A stretch of DNA of 63,879 nucleotides, counting the filler, from Sphacelaria rigidula (taxonomy: Eukaryota), in the NCBI GenBank assembly GCA_964200075.2. It is 3 parts of 3 records of this genome, joined end to end, with 100 filler letters (N's around TTAATTAATTAA, not from the genome) between each part and the next. Parts side by side here need not be neighbours in the genome. Positions count along the whole stretch, not along the records: positions 42,656 to 63,879 come from CAXNAA020000451.1; 2 more parts are not named here. The stretch is one strand, 5' to 3'. Below are positions 48,601 through 62,886 of the stretch, in pieces. The position numbers and the translations under genes are program-made. The notes under the pieces are model-generated. The model was not told the origin of the DNA. It searched no databases and saw nothing but the letters and a program-made list of their open reading frames with translations. Position 1 is the stretch's first letter, and each line of letters starts with the position of its first letter.

Positions 48601-49677
48601 CCCGAACAATTCCAGAGGAAGGCACTGTTGGACGCCGTTGCACGATGTAAGCAATTGCAGTACAGTTCTGCGCATCACGAGTCAGCCTGGCACCTTCAAC
48701 AGCGCAACATCATATCCAGTAAACGTCTACAGCAATACTCATCGCAGTTGAAAGAAATAAAACCTTCAACCGCCCTCCGCGTCTGCTCATTGGTGGACTC
48801 GACAGCGTCTACACCTTGGTCACGAAGCTGTCATCCGCACCGCCAGAGGTTCAAAAAGAGTCAACAATTTCTCCACGCTAAACCCTGCGCCATCGGAACC
48901 CCGCTCAAGCCTCAACACCACTCCCTCCTTTCCACTCATGATGCCTCCTGTATTGCTTAGTACCGCCTGTATTCCACAGAAATATCGCGTGTTTGTTCGA
49001 GGAAAACCACAAGCATATATCCCCGTCGCTAGGCCAAAAGCCTTCCGTACCGTAGGTCACCAATTGCCCGCCCCACGACCTGAGGGAACAACGCATCCAA
49101 GACCAGCACAAGGAGATGCCCCCTTGACGCACACACAGAAACGCACCCGCACACACACAAGACACCCGCTCACACACCCACATGTGCACACGCACACACA
49201 CTGCAGTACAACAAACACTCCGCCTGCAATGAGGCCACAACCAGCACGCATTCAAGAATAAGGGATATTGCACCTCACAGACGCTGCTGTGCGCAAAAAA
49301 TCAGCCAACAGCACGTGACGTATATTTGATACCATTTCGCGATGTAGTACATTTGTCAACACATATTCCCCGTATACTTCACCCTTCGAGCGCAACTGAT
49401 GCTACATAAGACTGAACCACAGGAGCGAGCAACCACATTGTCCCGATCAAGTCAAAAAAGGGACGTCCAACCAAACCATGGAAATATTCACCACAAACGA
49501 GTAATGGCAAAGTAGCTGCCGTTTGTTGGAACTACAAGAGTGAAACAAAAAAAAAACGACACTTTTTTTTTTGTAATCCGCCCAGCAAGCAAACCATGCG
49601 TGCTCTTCTTCTTCTCCCTCGCCCTTGGTTTTGGCTCCACTACATGATTCCTGAAAAAGGCACAATCATCAACCACC

Positions 49678-52600
49678 CTAGCACGTTTTATCGGTACCTC
49701 CGGCTTCAGAGACTTGTTCAAGATCGGAGTCCCCATTCATGCATACATCTTCCATTTTCATGACCCAGCCGTCGTGGACATTGTTGTCCTGAATGTGCAC
49801 GACAAAAAATGCAACAGGATCGATCGCAAGAGCAGAAACAAGATGCGTGGAGAAGGGGGGGGGGGCGTACTCATTCGTTGCTTGCCTTGGCCGTTTGACG
49901 GTTGACCACACATCCCTTTCATGACGGAGCAGAGGAGAGGGGGGGGGGGAGCGGGGGGAGCTTGAAACTCGTACAAAAGCAAGTACAAGGACGGGGTGTT
50001 GAAGGATTGAAGGATTGGTGAACTGTCGCACGATTACTTATCCGTGAAAAATATAACCTTGGTCATTATCCACAAGAATAGGCGTAGCAAAAGTCAACAA
50101 AAACGGAAGCACTCGCTAGAACAGAACAAAATTTCGAAAAATACGTTTCCTTTTTTTTTCAGCCGGATTTGATTTTCGGGTCAATACTGTCTGTATGGAT
50201 ATCTCCGAAACAAGATACTAAGCACAGTAGTGGGCGGTCTTACTATTCAGGGGTGTTTCGGGGTTATCCTCGGGTACTACCCGTCGATAGAACTCGAAAT
50301 TGCAAGCGTCGGTAAATTTTGATACAGTAGACAGATCATTCTCGAAACACATTGTCCGAGTCAGTGTTAGTCGTTGTTACCGGGCGACAAGAGAAAATAC
50401 CCCGTATATCAGCAGGGTGTTTTTGACCCTGAAACATAGTTCTTCTGACGTAGTGCAACAAGTAAGTAGAATTTCGAAAAAATAAAACTGTACATTTCTT
50501 CACAGATATTACAGGGACAGGCTCGATCGACCGAACATACCGAAGAGTAAGAATCTGGGCTGAAACGTGGCAGGACCCCCAATGACCGATCACCCCGAGA
50601 ATCACTCGATATTGAGTACAGATAACTATTTTTCTTGCGATGTGGAGCGAATACAGAAATCCTCAAATCCCCAATATGATGAGCGGTGGTAAGCGGAAAG
50701 AGCCCAAGGGAATCACCGATTACGAAAAAATCACAAAATGCCACGAAATGAATAGTTAGACCGCCCACTACTGTACGTTGAAAGCCTCGCTGTTGTTTGC
50801 CTCTCCGCGCGATGAGTGGGTGTGTGAGAATGACATTGCGAGAATGGGAGGGATTCAACCCTCTTGTAACCGTTGATGGGAAAATGGCCATTTTCAGTTG
50901 AAGCTCTCTTCGCCAAGATATTGTTGTTGATGGAAACGCCCTAGAAACAGCCGATCATCTCAAGTGATGATGGGGCTTTTCATTGAGGATATTATTATTA
51001 TTAATAAACCGAAAAATTAGAATATTCGTGTCCACACCGATTCTTCAAAATATGGTCTCCATTCTTTCACCTACTGGTAGTTATTGACGCGTACTACACG
51101 CCATACAAATTTGGATTCCGATTATCGAAATTTTGGGGGCCCAGGTGAAAAACAATTCGGGGGATTAACGTCATCAACGAGTATCTTCGGAGATTTCGAA
51201 CATCTGCTGTGCGCTTACACACCTACTGTCGGCACTCACTTTCCACAGTAGCTCCTCATTATCGATCCACTCATTTTCGTCCGTGTCGATGAAGGTGTTG
51301 TCGAGGAACTCGTTAGCGTCAGCCTCCGACATGTAGACCCCGTAAGTGGCACCGTTGATGTAGTTGTTTTGGAAAAGGTTGCCCGTGCAACGACCTCCCG
51401 TGTCCTCGCTTGCGATCACTTCATCGCTGCCCAGGTAAAACCAGATTGCACCTGCGAGCGAAATCCAACAGATGCAGTCGGACTATATGTTGAAATACGC
51501 CACAAGCCGTCGCATTCCAAGCTCGCTGAAGCCGTGCTTGCTTCTACGGGACGTCGGTCCACGGGATGTTCGTCCTCGTGAACACAAGTAGTCCAATTCT
51601 AAAGTCGCTGAAGTCACGCTTGTTTCCACGGGACGTCGGTCCCCGGGATGTTCATCCTCGAAGGCAAATTCTTCAAACTCAATCCATAATGTAAAAATGT
51701 CACGGAAGGAAACAAGCTGAGGATTTCACGACTTTCTTCTGTTCTCAAAGCAAAAATCCGAAAATTCTCGGCAACACAAAACAAACAAAAACGCATCATC
51801 GATCAATGAATTTTAGAATCGAAAAAGTATTTTCTTTGTTGAATGCCATACTAGGGTACTATACAGTATATACAATCTTCGACCACCCCACAAAGGCGTA
51901 AAAAAGCAAGAGGATGACAACTCACGATCAACAGTGTTGATAACCTTATTGTCGAAAATCTTGTTATTCGAACTCCCCATAGACAGTCGGATGCCCTGCT
52001 CGCTGCCGTCGCAAGTGTTTCCGCTTACTTCGATATCTGAGCAACAACGGACACAGGTGAGCAACGATGAACGGAGGGGGAGGGGGGGCGACGAGGGATG
52101 AGTAAAGCTTCGCTGTTTCAAAAATGTGCATCATGGTTTTCGAGTTTCAGGCATGCCACATGAAAAGACGGTTGCTGTTTTGCATTCAAGACTTGTACGA
52201 CTCGCTTCGTGTAAAGAACAACAACGCGCACCCCTTGCTAATTGATTGTATTTCGAACTCACGCCAGACGGAGAATAAGACGGACACTGTAGCAGCTACA
52301 ATGACCTCACACACTGCCTCTATACAAGGTAAACCATCTCCAACCTCTTTGCTCTGCAGCAGGCTTGAGGGCGGCAGCCGAATGCCATGGTCGAAAAAAA
52401 AGTGCGCACGCGGGATTGGCGCAGAGAGTCGGTCGGCAGTCATGCCCACACCAATTTTGTGGGGTAGTCAATACCCTGGTAACGTTTCACACCTTGGACA
52501 ATATATGGTCGATAGTTGCAATAGACAAGAAACGTACTGCATAGCGTATGGGCCTATAGCGACTACTGTCGGCCGGCAATAGCTGCAACAGGCCTATACT

Positions 52601-55600
52601 TTATGCAGTACACCTTTCGTCTATTGCATCTTTTGACCATATATTGTCCAAGGCGTGTAAGGTTTACAGCGTGCACAGCACACTTCTCGCACCACTCCTT
52701 GTTTTAGCAATCGAGTTCTGTTCAGCGGATGCCCAGGCACGTTGCGCGTGTTCAGCCAGCGTGTAGCGCCGCGCCGCGCCGCGCCGCGACCCGAAACGAA
52801 AAAATGTGTTACTGTACCCTCTTTTGTTCCGAAATCATGAGGGTGAACCCTGTTCGGTATATTGCTTCAGGAGCTCTCCACCTACTGTAACCCTAACCCA
52901 AAGGACGAACAATAACGTCTGGCTAGGCGGGCTCTCGTATTACAACGGGACAGCACGTTTTCCCGAGGGGGGCGGGGGGGGGGGGGGATATCGCCGTCGA
53001 TTCTAGCCAGGAAGTACAATGCGTGTGACTGCCAAGAGACCTCGATAAGACGAATTTCGGAGACACAGATTATCAAATTTACGGCGTCACTATTGATTGC
53101 GCAGCACCGCGGTCATCGCAACCATACGAAAAAGAAATCTATCGCAGGAAGGGGTGGTCAGCAGTCGTCATCCCTCGTGCAATGCGAGTGCGGTGAGAGT
53201 CCTTCTCAAGTACAACACGAATTTCTCTATGATGGGGGGGGGGGGGGGATCGCGGGGAAAGGCAACACCCAAACAAAAGAAACAAAAAAACCAAAACACA
53301 CCGGGGCACAGACACGGCGAAATGCANNNNNNNNNNGGCGGGAAGATCGTCTTTGCCGAATAGCGGGTCGTGGTGAGGGGGGGGGGGGGGGTATCGCGTC
53401 ATGACGATCCCCATCATGAAATTACAAAAAAAACGAAACTCACCGAAGGACTCGAAGAGGGCAATGCAAGCGCTACCCGAGGCAAGCACGGTGTTGTTGC
53501 GGATGATGCCATTGTCGGAAGACCGGTGGAGCATAATCCCGTGAAGGTCATTGTCCGATACCCAATTGTTTTGGATGGACACGTCATTGCACCTGCGACC
53601 CACGACAAAACGTGAAAAAAGGACACAACACACTCTTGTTACCGTCATCATTGTTGTTATCGTTAATTTTTGTTGTGACTATCATCGATATAGTTATTAT
53701 TATATTTCCATCAACAAGATTCTTATTTCTATATATTAGTCCCATCTCGCAAACCCGCGGTCACGGACATGGGCTCACCTTTCCAGTACCGTCATTAACA
53801 TTCCTTGAATAACATAGTCACACAACCAGGCACGAACAAATCACATGTTTTCGGAGAAACTTTGGACCCCTCGGAACAGTTTTAACGCTCAAATAGCTCA
53901 GCCTCGACCGTTCAAAATATCAAGAGAGCAAAAAAAAAGCACGCATTTGGTATACAAGGTCCGACTAACAGGTTTGGTTTTTTTTCACGTACACATCCAC
54001 TCAACAAAAAATACATGACGAAAATATGATCGAAGGCGCAAAAAAAAAATAGAACGTCATCCTCACCTCTTGGAAGCGATGATACCGTGGTTTCCTGCCA
54101 GAGAAGACACCGTAAACGCCGGACATACGCGACGAAAAAATTCAGACGGAAATGAGAGGTGGATTGTGATCGAGTACACGCACATGTTGGACATGGAATC
54201 CCGTGATCAATCGAGGTGGGCCGCTCCTACATGACAACTTCAAGTGGTATTTTGTTCTTGTGATGGGACAAAATGGTGACACCCGATGAGCTTACTTTAC
54301 AAGAGTGCTCCATCGTGTTCCTTTTCCAGCAACCCCAACAAGAAAAACGGAGGAGGTCGGGAGGTCGAGAAAAACAGGGCGAAGCCAATCGGTCCCGAGC
54401 CTGTACAGTACATACATCATCGGTTAGGACCAATCATCACGACTACGAATCACCAAATCCGCAATTCCTTCGGCCCTAATTGCCCAAAAGGGAGAAAAAA
54501 GTTGACCGCTAGTCCAAGGGGTATCAACGCAACTTTTGCGCCATTCCGCGTATCTGGGCTGCGTGTACCTGGGTTGCAACACTGAAAACAAAGCCTAGGG
54601 ATTGATTCGCACGATTCGAATCAATTGTACTGAAACCATGCCTTCTTCACTTCGATGATATTTGTGGGAGCCTTTTCTTCAGCTCTTGCTTGCACAACAC
54701 CAGTACCGATACTACAAATACTGTGTAGTACCAAGATACGTTGAACACCACCCCCAGCAGTACCCCTTAGTTCCAAGTTCCGACGGGACTTCAACGTCAT
54801 CCCCCGACAACGAATAGTTCCCTCGTTGTTGTTGTTGTTGTTGTTGTGGTGGTGTTCGCATCAACAATCGTTCCGATATCTGCGCGGTACATTCGTACTG
54901 GGCATCTGATGCGGACGCCTTGCGTGGTCACAGGCTAGCTACCTTTAAAAAGGTATGAAGAAATCAACAACAACAACAAAAATAGCCTTGAATTAAAACT
55001 CACAAAACGCGATAATAGCAAAACAGGGATAAATGATGAAGAGAGATGATACATATGGCTAAACTCAGAAGATCCCGTACCGCAGATGGTCATTCGGACT
55101 TCAGGTGGTGGCACCCGACTTTTTAACTCGACGCGCGAGGCCAAGTAGAAATGAACATAGGGTCCGACTACGGGCGAGATCCTTCCACCCTTCAATCTAC
55201 GGTATGAAGTATGACACACAAGTACCGAACTCACCGTTGCCCCAGACGACGTTGTTGTGGATACGCAGGTTGTCCGAGTCATCGTGGGGGTCGAATCCGT
55301 AGTACCTGCCCACAAGCGCATTATCGGGTTTTGACGACGGAGGTACCGTGACGAGGTATTCAAGGTTCGACGCACGGAGGGCAATCTTGATTAACACGGG
55401 ACTGTGGACACGGGACCACGGGCTAGATTTGATACACAGCGTAGAGGTCGGCTGACGAAGGCTGAAAGTCGGATCAACCCGACGCAGACAGATGCGTCTA
55501 GTTTGTTTCTTTGTCTCCAACATCAAAGTACCGTAACTTATGTTCGTGGTTTGAAGCGTGAGAACGTGTAGTCGTACAAAGAGTTCGCTTGACTGACCCT

Positions 55601-58600
55601 TGCTTGACGACGAGAGGCGACGCGGTGCGGGCGTGCTGATTGTCAGTCCGCGCCACCAAATTCAAAAGGCGTATCAGGGGAGAAATGGACTGATCCTGTT
55701 GGCCATGTGCTTGATTGCATTGTCTACCCTGTCAGGATTCCGACCTGTACACCCACCATATTGTTACAGAGTACGAATGCATCAGTTTCATCCGCGGAGT
55801 GCGGCGGCAATTAGACAGTGAGTACCATCCACAATTCGCTCAAGGTAATTTCAAATTTCAAATTCAATCACCACCATGGAGACGTAGTCTGATTTTTTGT
55901 GAGGAAGGGTATCAGATCATTGTCGTTGGAAAACGCGAGAGGCGTACTGTACGTGAGAGATTGATTTTTTATTGATTGTCGCACTTCAACTGACCCTTCA
56001 GGGGTCCAGCGGTGATCTCATGATAAACATGGACGTACCCAAGAAAACGAAACTGAAATACGCTCTGAAGAAAAGAAGGAACAGAACGACACAGCAGACT
56101 AAGTTGTAACAAAAAAAAAGTAACAATAATCAAGAAAAAAAAGTCAACGCAAGCAAAGCACAGAAAGGAATAGCCGAGTATAACGAGGAAAGTAGTTTTA
56201 TTCGACGATAGTTGACGCAGTGCGGGAGTAGAGCGTGGGTAGCCAAGAATCTTATGTGATGATAGTCGACGGGGTGCTTAGAAGTGCACTTTCATCTCAC
56301 GTACCCGTTGTCGTGCATTTGGTTGTACTCCCAGTTCCCATCCTGGTGCCCCCAGGTGTACCTGTCCATGATAACAACCAGACGGACAGAAAGAGAGGAG
56401 ACAGGAGACAACCGACAAGAGATGAGCGCTTCAGGTGGAGATGTGTACTGCCGACAACGAAAAGTGGAGAAGGTTGTCGGGAAACACGCACAAACACAAG
56501 AACGGGCATGAAGAAAACGCGACGAACGTTGAAAACGGTTTTCGATTCCATGACACGAGCGGAAAAAAACGACGAGACAGACGAGGCAAAAAGCGTGATG
56601 GATGCATCAACATCAACATCAACAACCTCCACCTTGCATCTTCTCATCAACTGCGCCACGACTGCATGTAGGCACATGGCTTACGGTACATCCGTGCAAG
56701 TTTTGAGGGCGATACTGGTACAACACGGACGATTCAAGCCGCTTCATGGTTCATGGCCCCACGTCTAGCGCACGGGGAAAATGGCCGGAAATTCATCGAA
56801 CACACGCATGCCCCCTTATGGCTCATCATGAGTACTGAAAATGAACCAGTTGTGGAACAAGTAATCGTTCAATGTATAAAAAACACTTCTACAGTTTCCA
56901 AGCGGTCTAGCTGTCTAGCTGGGGAGCAACACAAGAGGGGGCACGGTGGATGTGATCAAGGAGGCTAATTTGACAGCACTCCAGTAATGTTCCTGCACTA
57001 TCAGTAGCTTCGATCATCATGCACAGATCCTTTCACTTTCGCAAGGCGTACCACTGCAACGAGGAATATCAACAAACGACAGTCTGGACAAGAAACATGA
57101 CCAGAGGAGAAGGGAGAAGAAAGAGAGACGACAAGAAAAAAATAAGATAGACAGGGGGGAAATTCCATTCGGAACTGTTCCACACTTTACGTGGTATATT
57201 TTTTTCATCTCCGAGGTGTAAACTGTCTTCAGCTTCAACGTTGCTTAGCATCTTCATTTTGGATTATTTAAATAACTGTCGGCCGGCCATATAACCAAAG
57301 CAAAGTCGATAACAAATCTCAACACAGAAAGAAGCTGCCATGCATCCATATTTTCTTTCCGTTATTAATTGAATGAGATAGTTTGGGAGACGGAAAAGAG
57401 TATCCCAACGCATCGACATTTTTACAAACACAAATACATATTCCCGCACAAGCACTACTGGAGAATAACGTCACCAACCCCTCCCTGACGAGAACGAGAG
57501 TTAAAATTTGGATAATGACCCTGCTACTCCGGCACTGTGCTTGACCCTCATCCTGGAATGGGGGGCGGGGCGTGTGTGTGCTCATGGCTTTCCATGCCGT
57601 AGTCATAAGACCTTTAACCTCGCATCGCCTCCCATCCCCGCAAAGCTCGGACGAAGAACGCCTGGTTCTCGCCGGATCATGCTCGCGATTTATCATCACG
57701 GGCGAAGCGCCGTCATGTGTTCAGCGAGTCGAATGAAGCACCCTGCGAAGATTGCTCGACCCCGAAACGTACTAAAAATCTTGTACATGGATGACAACCC
57801 GCAATAAGTTGCTACAAATTTCCTGGTATCACCACTTACAGAGACAGCCATAGGTCCCACACTGCCTCCTGGGTGCCCCACCAGTTGAATAGGGGGAGGG
57901 GGGGGGGGAGCAAAAGACACTCACAGGCCAAACCAGTTGTGGTGGATGTCAGAGAAGCGGATGTCCCCCCTAACCTGGACCCGCTCGAATATCTCCGGAT
58001 TAGACTCATCCGCACAAAACCCCGAAACCTAGGACGTGGGGAGGAGAGTGCATCAGGGGATCACACGGGATACTGTAACGGTAGTCGGATCGGACTTGGA
58101 GAAAAAATGGGAAAAAATACAATACATGAAACACAACATGGATTGAGAACAAAATGCGGACAAAAAACATACCACCACCCATTGTCGACGCTGCACTGCC
58201 AAGAGAACGCTCCTTCGTGAGGAACTGATGAGCGCGGTCAGCAAGACAGCAGGCCCTCCTCCGGTTTTGAGTGACATTGCCCCTACAACCCACAGCGTCT
58301 CCAATTGTAAAGGACTGTATTGGGGCTTTTTGATGCTTATTTCAGAAAGCCCGTGACATGACCCTCCCTCGGAGTAGACAAACAGTACCTCAAGTTCAAA
58401 GTGAAACATTCGGTAATTTCTTCGTAACTGGCGATTTTCTTGGGATCTTTCGCTTGCCACCACTCATCACATTGGGGATCTGAAGGTACGAGTATCCGCT
58501 CCACATTCCAAGAAAAAAATCATCTGTATCCAATTTTGAGTGACCTACGGACTGACCGGTCATCGGGGGTTCTGCCACTTTTCAGCACCAGATTATGACT

Positions 58601-61600
58601 TTTCAGTATTTTCGGCCTATCGAGCATGTCCCGATCATATGTATGAAGAAATGAAAATGCTGGTTTTCCTTATACCTATATTGTGCACTAGAGCCGAAAA
58701 ACTGTGATTCACGGTCAATAACATGCTCCTGATCAATGGGGTATCTACTCGTATCGCCGGACAAGACCAGCTGACACTAACTTGGGCACTGTGTTTTGAG
58801 GACGATCTGTCCTTGTACCAAAATCTACCGACGCTAGCACTTTCGAGTTCTGTCGACGAGTAGTACGCGAGGAAAAACACCAAAACAATCGGTGCTACTT
58901 GGGAACTTGGGGCACTGTAAGTACTGTCTCGTTCACAGTTCACGAACCACCCGCTATTCCACCAGTCCATCATTCAGAAATTGGTTCTCAACACTTTGTT
59001 CTTGCGCTCTGTACTACTCTGATTCCAGCACGACAAGCGCATGTGGGCCGCTCATCCAAGGAGCACTGTCTCAGCAGCGGTGAAAAGTGTCAACGGGCCC
59101 ATGAAAAAAAATGTACGAGAAAAAAAAAAAAGCACAGGTCGGACAACTCACGAGCAACGTGAATATTACTTCTTATTTGCGTACTGATCCGAATCATGAG
59201 CTACCTCGTTTGGCCCTTCATTCCAAATTTGCCCCCTACAGCGCTGGACACTGAGTACAGGAAGTAGCACATAGGTAGCGCTTTGATTTCTCAGACCTCT
59301 TTGTCACGTGTTTCATGTCGTTTGAGGGGGGTTCTGGGGGTCCTCGTCGACTACTTACTTTAGGGTAGCATGAGCTGTCCGACATACGAAAAGCAACAAA
59401 ACAAAAATACAAAAAAGAACAAAAAAAAAACGATACGCGATCACCAATTTTGCGACCAACCAGTACTGTGCTCTGCCCGTTCCCCATAACTTTCCACGAA
59501 AAAGAAAAACAAGTGCACCTTGTATGTGAGGCCGTATGATTCCGCTCCTTGGTATCCCAGGTACCCCACCTCGCTGTTGATGACTGGAAAATGACGCAAT
59601 CGGAAATGTTGTTTGCAGAGAACGGCAGGTGAGCACGCGGCAACAATCAAGTACCACAAACCGGGTCCAGGACTATTCCGAGGGCGCGTCTGAGATACCC
59701 GAAAAGCAGATGGCTGATAAGAACGTTCACTTTGACATGGAAAAAAATATATGTGAGTGCGTAATGACTGTTGATCTGTCGACCCCCCTCCCCCCCTTCC
59801 GGAAATACTGGAATTTGGAATCTATCGAACCACGCAAAACGTGGACGGAATGATGTAGACACGAGACAATTTGATCAACCCGTTCAAGGGTCGGACAAAA
59901 AATTATTCGTCTGAAAATTACTTGGTTTTAGTATGATGAATCGACTCGTGACGAATTAATCCCCAGCCTTTGTTTTCAGGGTTGCAACTTAGGTACATGC
60001 AGCCTAGATACGTGGAATGGCGTAAAAGTTGCGTGGATACCCCTTGGACCAGCGATCAATTTTTTTCTCCCTTTTGGGCAATCAGGCCGAAGAAACCGTG
60101 AATTTGGTGATTTTGAGTCGTGATGATTTGTCCTAACCGTGAACCCTTCCAACAAAACGACAGATGAACTACGGCAGACTACAAGCTGGGCCGGCCTAGA
60201 ATCAGACTTTTGTTTTGCAGACCCCGTCGACACTCAAATCTCAAAAGTTGGACTTTCACATTTGGTACGAAGAAAAAATAGGGCATGGTAAGAAAAGTGT
60301 GAAGCAGCACATTGAGTTCATTATTTATTTGGTGAGTTAGTGGCAATAATCAGTGCCTAGTTATTTATCATCAGGAAAGTGCCGTTAACTAAAAAGAGAA
60401 AAAAAAAACTTGATGTGCTGCTTCACACTTTTTGACCATGCCCTATTTTTTTTCCGTACCAAATTTGAAAGTCCAACTGCCGAAATTAAGTGTCAACGGT
60501 CGACGGGACGATTCAGGAACCGGGCTGGTCGAAATTCGGAACAATATTTTCTAGGCCATTTACTGACCCAGGTTCGATATCTGTGTTTTGAATCTTTGTG
60601 TGGGACCTTGCTAGGCCACAACCAACCAAAAAAAGTGAGTAAGGTTGATATATATGTTTTTGTTTCACTTCCGGAAGATGCATTAGTGTAGAAAAGACCG
60701 TATTTCCACGAGAACGCCCATCTCCCTGAAAAAAAATAAAAGGCTACTTTTTTTTTCTCCTTGGCATGCCGTTGCAATCCTCCATGATGAGTTTCACATC
60801 TTAATGCTCAAAATTTGAGCCGAAAAATGAGATGAGGTCTGAGAGCGCTGCCTAGTTTCCCCCAAAACTCCATTAAAAAATATATAAATGAAGAAACAGA
60901 TGAAATAACGAAGAAAACGACGATTTTATTTTTCGTCGTGCACTAGCAGCTCTCCATACGAAATTTCAAAGCACAACTCATGAAAACCGAGGCGCAATAT
61001 CCACATTCGGTGTAACAAGTGCCTCTGCTCGGAATATATTGATTTGAATGTAGAACACCATGTGCGCCAGATCTCGGGACAGATAACGAATTAGGGAAAA
61101 GAGGAGGTATCGATCGTTTTCCCGTGCTCCAGGGAATGCCCGCACCAAAAATCGCCATCATCCACTGTATATATCGTTCGGGGTTTCATGAAGACTTGAG
61201 TATGGACGCTATCTCCGTACGGTATAGGAATTGCTAGACATGATATTTGATATACGAGAAAAAATTGGCCCAGACTTTCGAGCACATGGGCACCTTCCCC
61301 GTGATCAGACGATTTATACGGTATGAAGGTCACGACCCAACTCGTCTGTGTTGAGTAGATATTGCTTCGAGAGCTTGAATCAGCATCTAGGCCGGCCCGG
61401 CTCGTATTAGCGATCGAGAATAGATTCAACAAGCCTACTCTTTGCGCAGTACAATTCTTGTCTTATTGAACTATTCACCATATATACTGTCATTATCCAC
61501 GACGTGCAAAACTCACTGTCCATACGTCCCTCTCCGGCATCTTCATCGGCGGCACCTTCACAGGTCTCCGAGTCATCGATGATCTCGCTCAGCATTCTCA

Positions 61601-62354
61601 CGAACGACCTAGGATTGGTGCCGTCCGAAGCTCCCTCGTCGTAAGTTTCCTTGCTGCGACTCCACGAGAACAACTAGCCCGGCCGTTGGAAAAAGCAACA
61701 CGGAAGATAAAAGGAGGCAAATGAACGGGAAAAAGTCACGAACAATATATCGAGCTAGTTCGGAAGAATGCATCGAAAGAGACGATAACAGCAGAGGCAT
61801 GTTGGGGTGGGCGCGGAAGAAACCCATCACCACAGGAGATCCCAAGAGACGACAATACCGCTCCAGCACCTACCTAGGCCAGCGACTACGCAACACAACA
61901 ATATACACCACAAATCAGATCGCGAACAGAATGATGAAAATAGATAAATAAATGAAAAACATGTCGAGGGTAACGAGGCACAGATGGGAAACCAAAACCG
62001 CTAGGCACAGAAACAGCAGCCTCTACATGATAATCTAACCTTCCCACCGAAACACACACACGAAGAGCCGACAGTACCCGAACCCTAACGAAGAAAAAAC
62101 ATAAATCTTGCAAGAGAAAAAAAAAGGAAGCAAAAACTATGTACACCCGGGAGGGGCGGCGGCGGGTGTACTCCGTTGTTGCTTGACCAAGTCGTTTGAC
62201 CGTTGACCACGCATCCCTTTCGAGAGGGAGCACCATTCCTACTAGCCGTAGGGGTGCGGGAGAGGACGAACAAGACAGGATGGCGAAACATCACACGAGA
62301 CGAAAATCACACGCAGCTCACGCGGCACATGCGGGGTAACTTCACAGCATACGT

Positions 62355-62393
<39 letters not shown>

Positions 62394-62886
62394 CATCGGT
62401 GGGCGAGGGCAAGCCATAGGTTATACTCGGAGGTGGGGAATCTTCGGTTGGCATATTCAAGTATTTTGCAATGTGTGCCGAATATTCAGGGATAATTCGG
62501 CAGGGTTTCGAGCTGGTATAACCTAGAAAAAACAACCTTGCAAGTTTCTACAGCCTGCACAATCATACGACAGGGCATCATGAGGTACTTACTGTACACT
62601 CAGGTCGGACCAATAACGAAAATGTACCCCCCCCCCCCTGGCTTTGTAGGGATGCGAGGTCAGTGGTCTGATGACGATGGCATGCATGATCATGAATACA
62701 CCCCCTCCCCTCCCCCCTCAACCAAATCAAAAACGCCATGAGAAAGCACCATGGGACAAAACTCAGGCGAATGACGCAAAAATGCGGTGCTACGATATCC
62801 GTCACCTTAGTTCGCAAGAGCGAGATGTATGACCCGTGACCCCTCAGCTCGTAGGGATTATTGGAGCTAGACAGAATCCTTAGCTC
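49678..62886 (-). CDS. MC5E: Mannuronan C-5 epimerase (alginate epimerase, AlgG-like right-handed beta-helix); last 11 exons, 5' part beyond the right edge
   Basis: Exons 62886-62806, 61673-61517, 59583-59519, 58028-57925, 56361-56305, 55305-55235, 54094-54067, 53592-53444, 52036-51926, 51451-51240, 49788-49678. All GT-AG, phases compatible, 1146 nt = 381 aa + TAG. Motifs: ELRGHG, EGRMDIINSEVGYLGY...ESYGLTYK, DIHHNWFGLYTWGH, YYGFDPHDDSD (catalytic DPHD), NHGIIASKRCN, GIMLHRSSD, IALFES, GIRLSMGS. Confidence 0.96.
52490..52655. mobile_element. Small palindromic MITE, copy 2 (family of 22326-22491), in an MC5E intron
   Basis: CACCTTGGACAATATATGGTCGA...TGACCATATATTGTCCAAGGCG; central part inverted relative to copy 1. 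Confidence 0.85.
54423..54620 (+). repeat. About 200-bp interspersed repeat with three copies in MC5E introns (also about 59945-60136 minus and 63688-63879 plus)
   Basis: Shared text AATCACCAAAT...TTGCCCAA.AGGGAGA.AAAAGTTGACCGCT.GTCCAAGGGGTATC.ACGCAACT.TTGCGCCATTCC. Confidence 0.85.
62356..62390 (+). repeat. (CA)n microsatellite in an MC5E intron
   Basis: Direct reading. Confidence 0.95.

Noticed and set aside
47230..49600. Short ORFs downstream of MC5E as another gene
   Set aside because: No phase-consistent exon chain or recognisable motif; more likely long 3' UTR and intergenic DNA.
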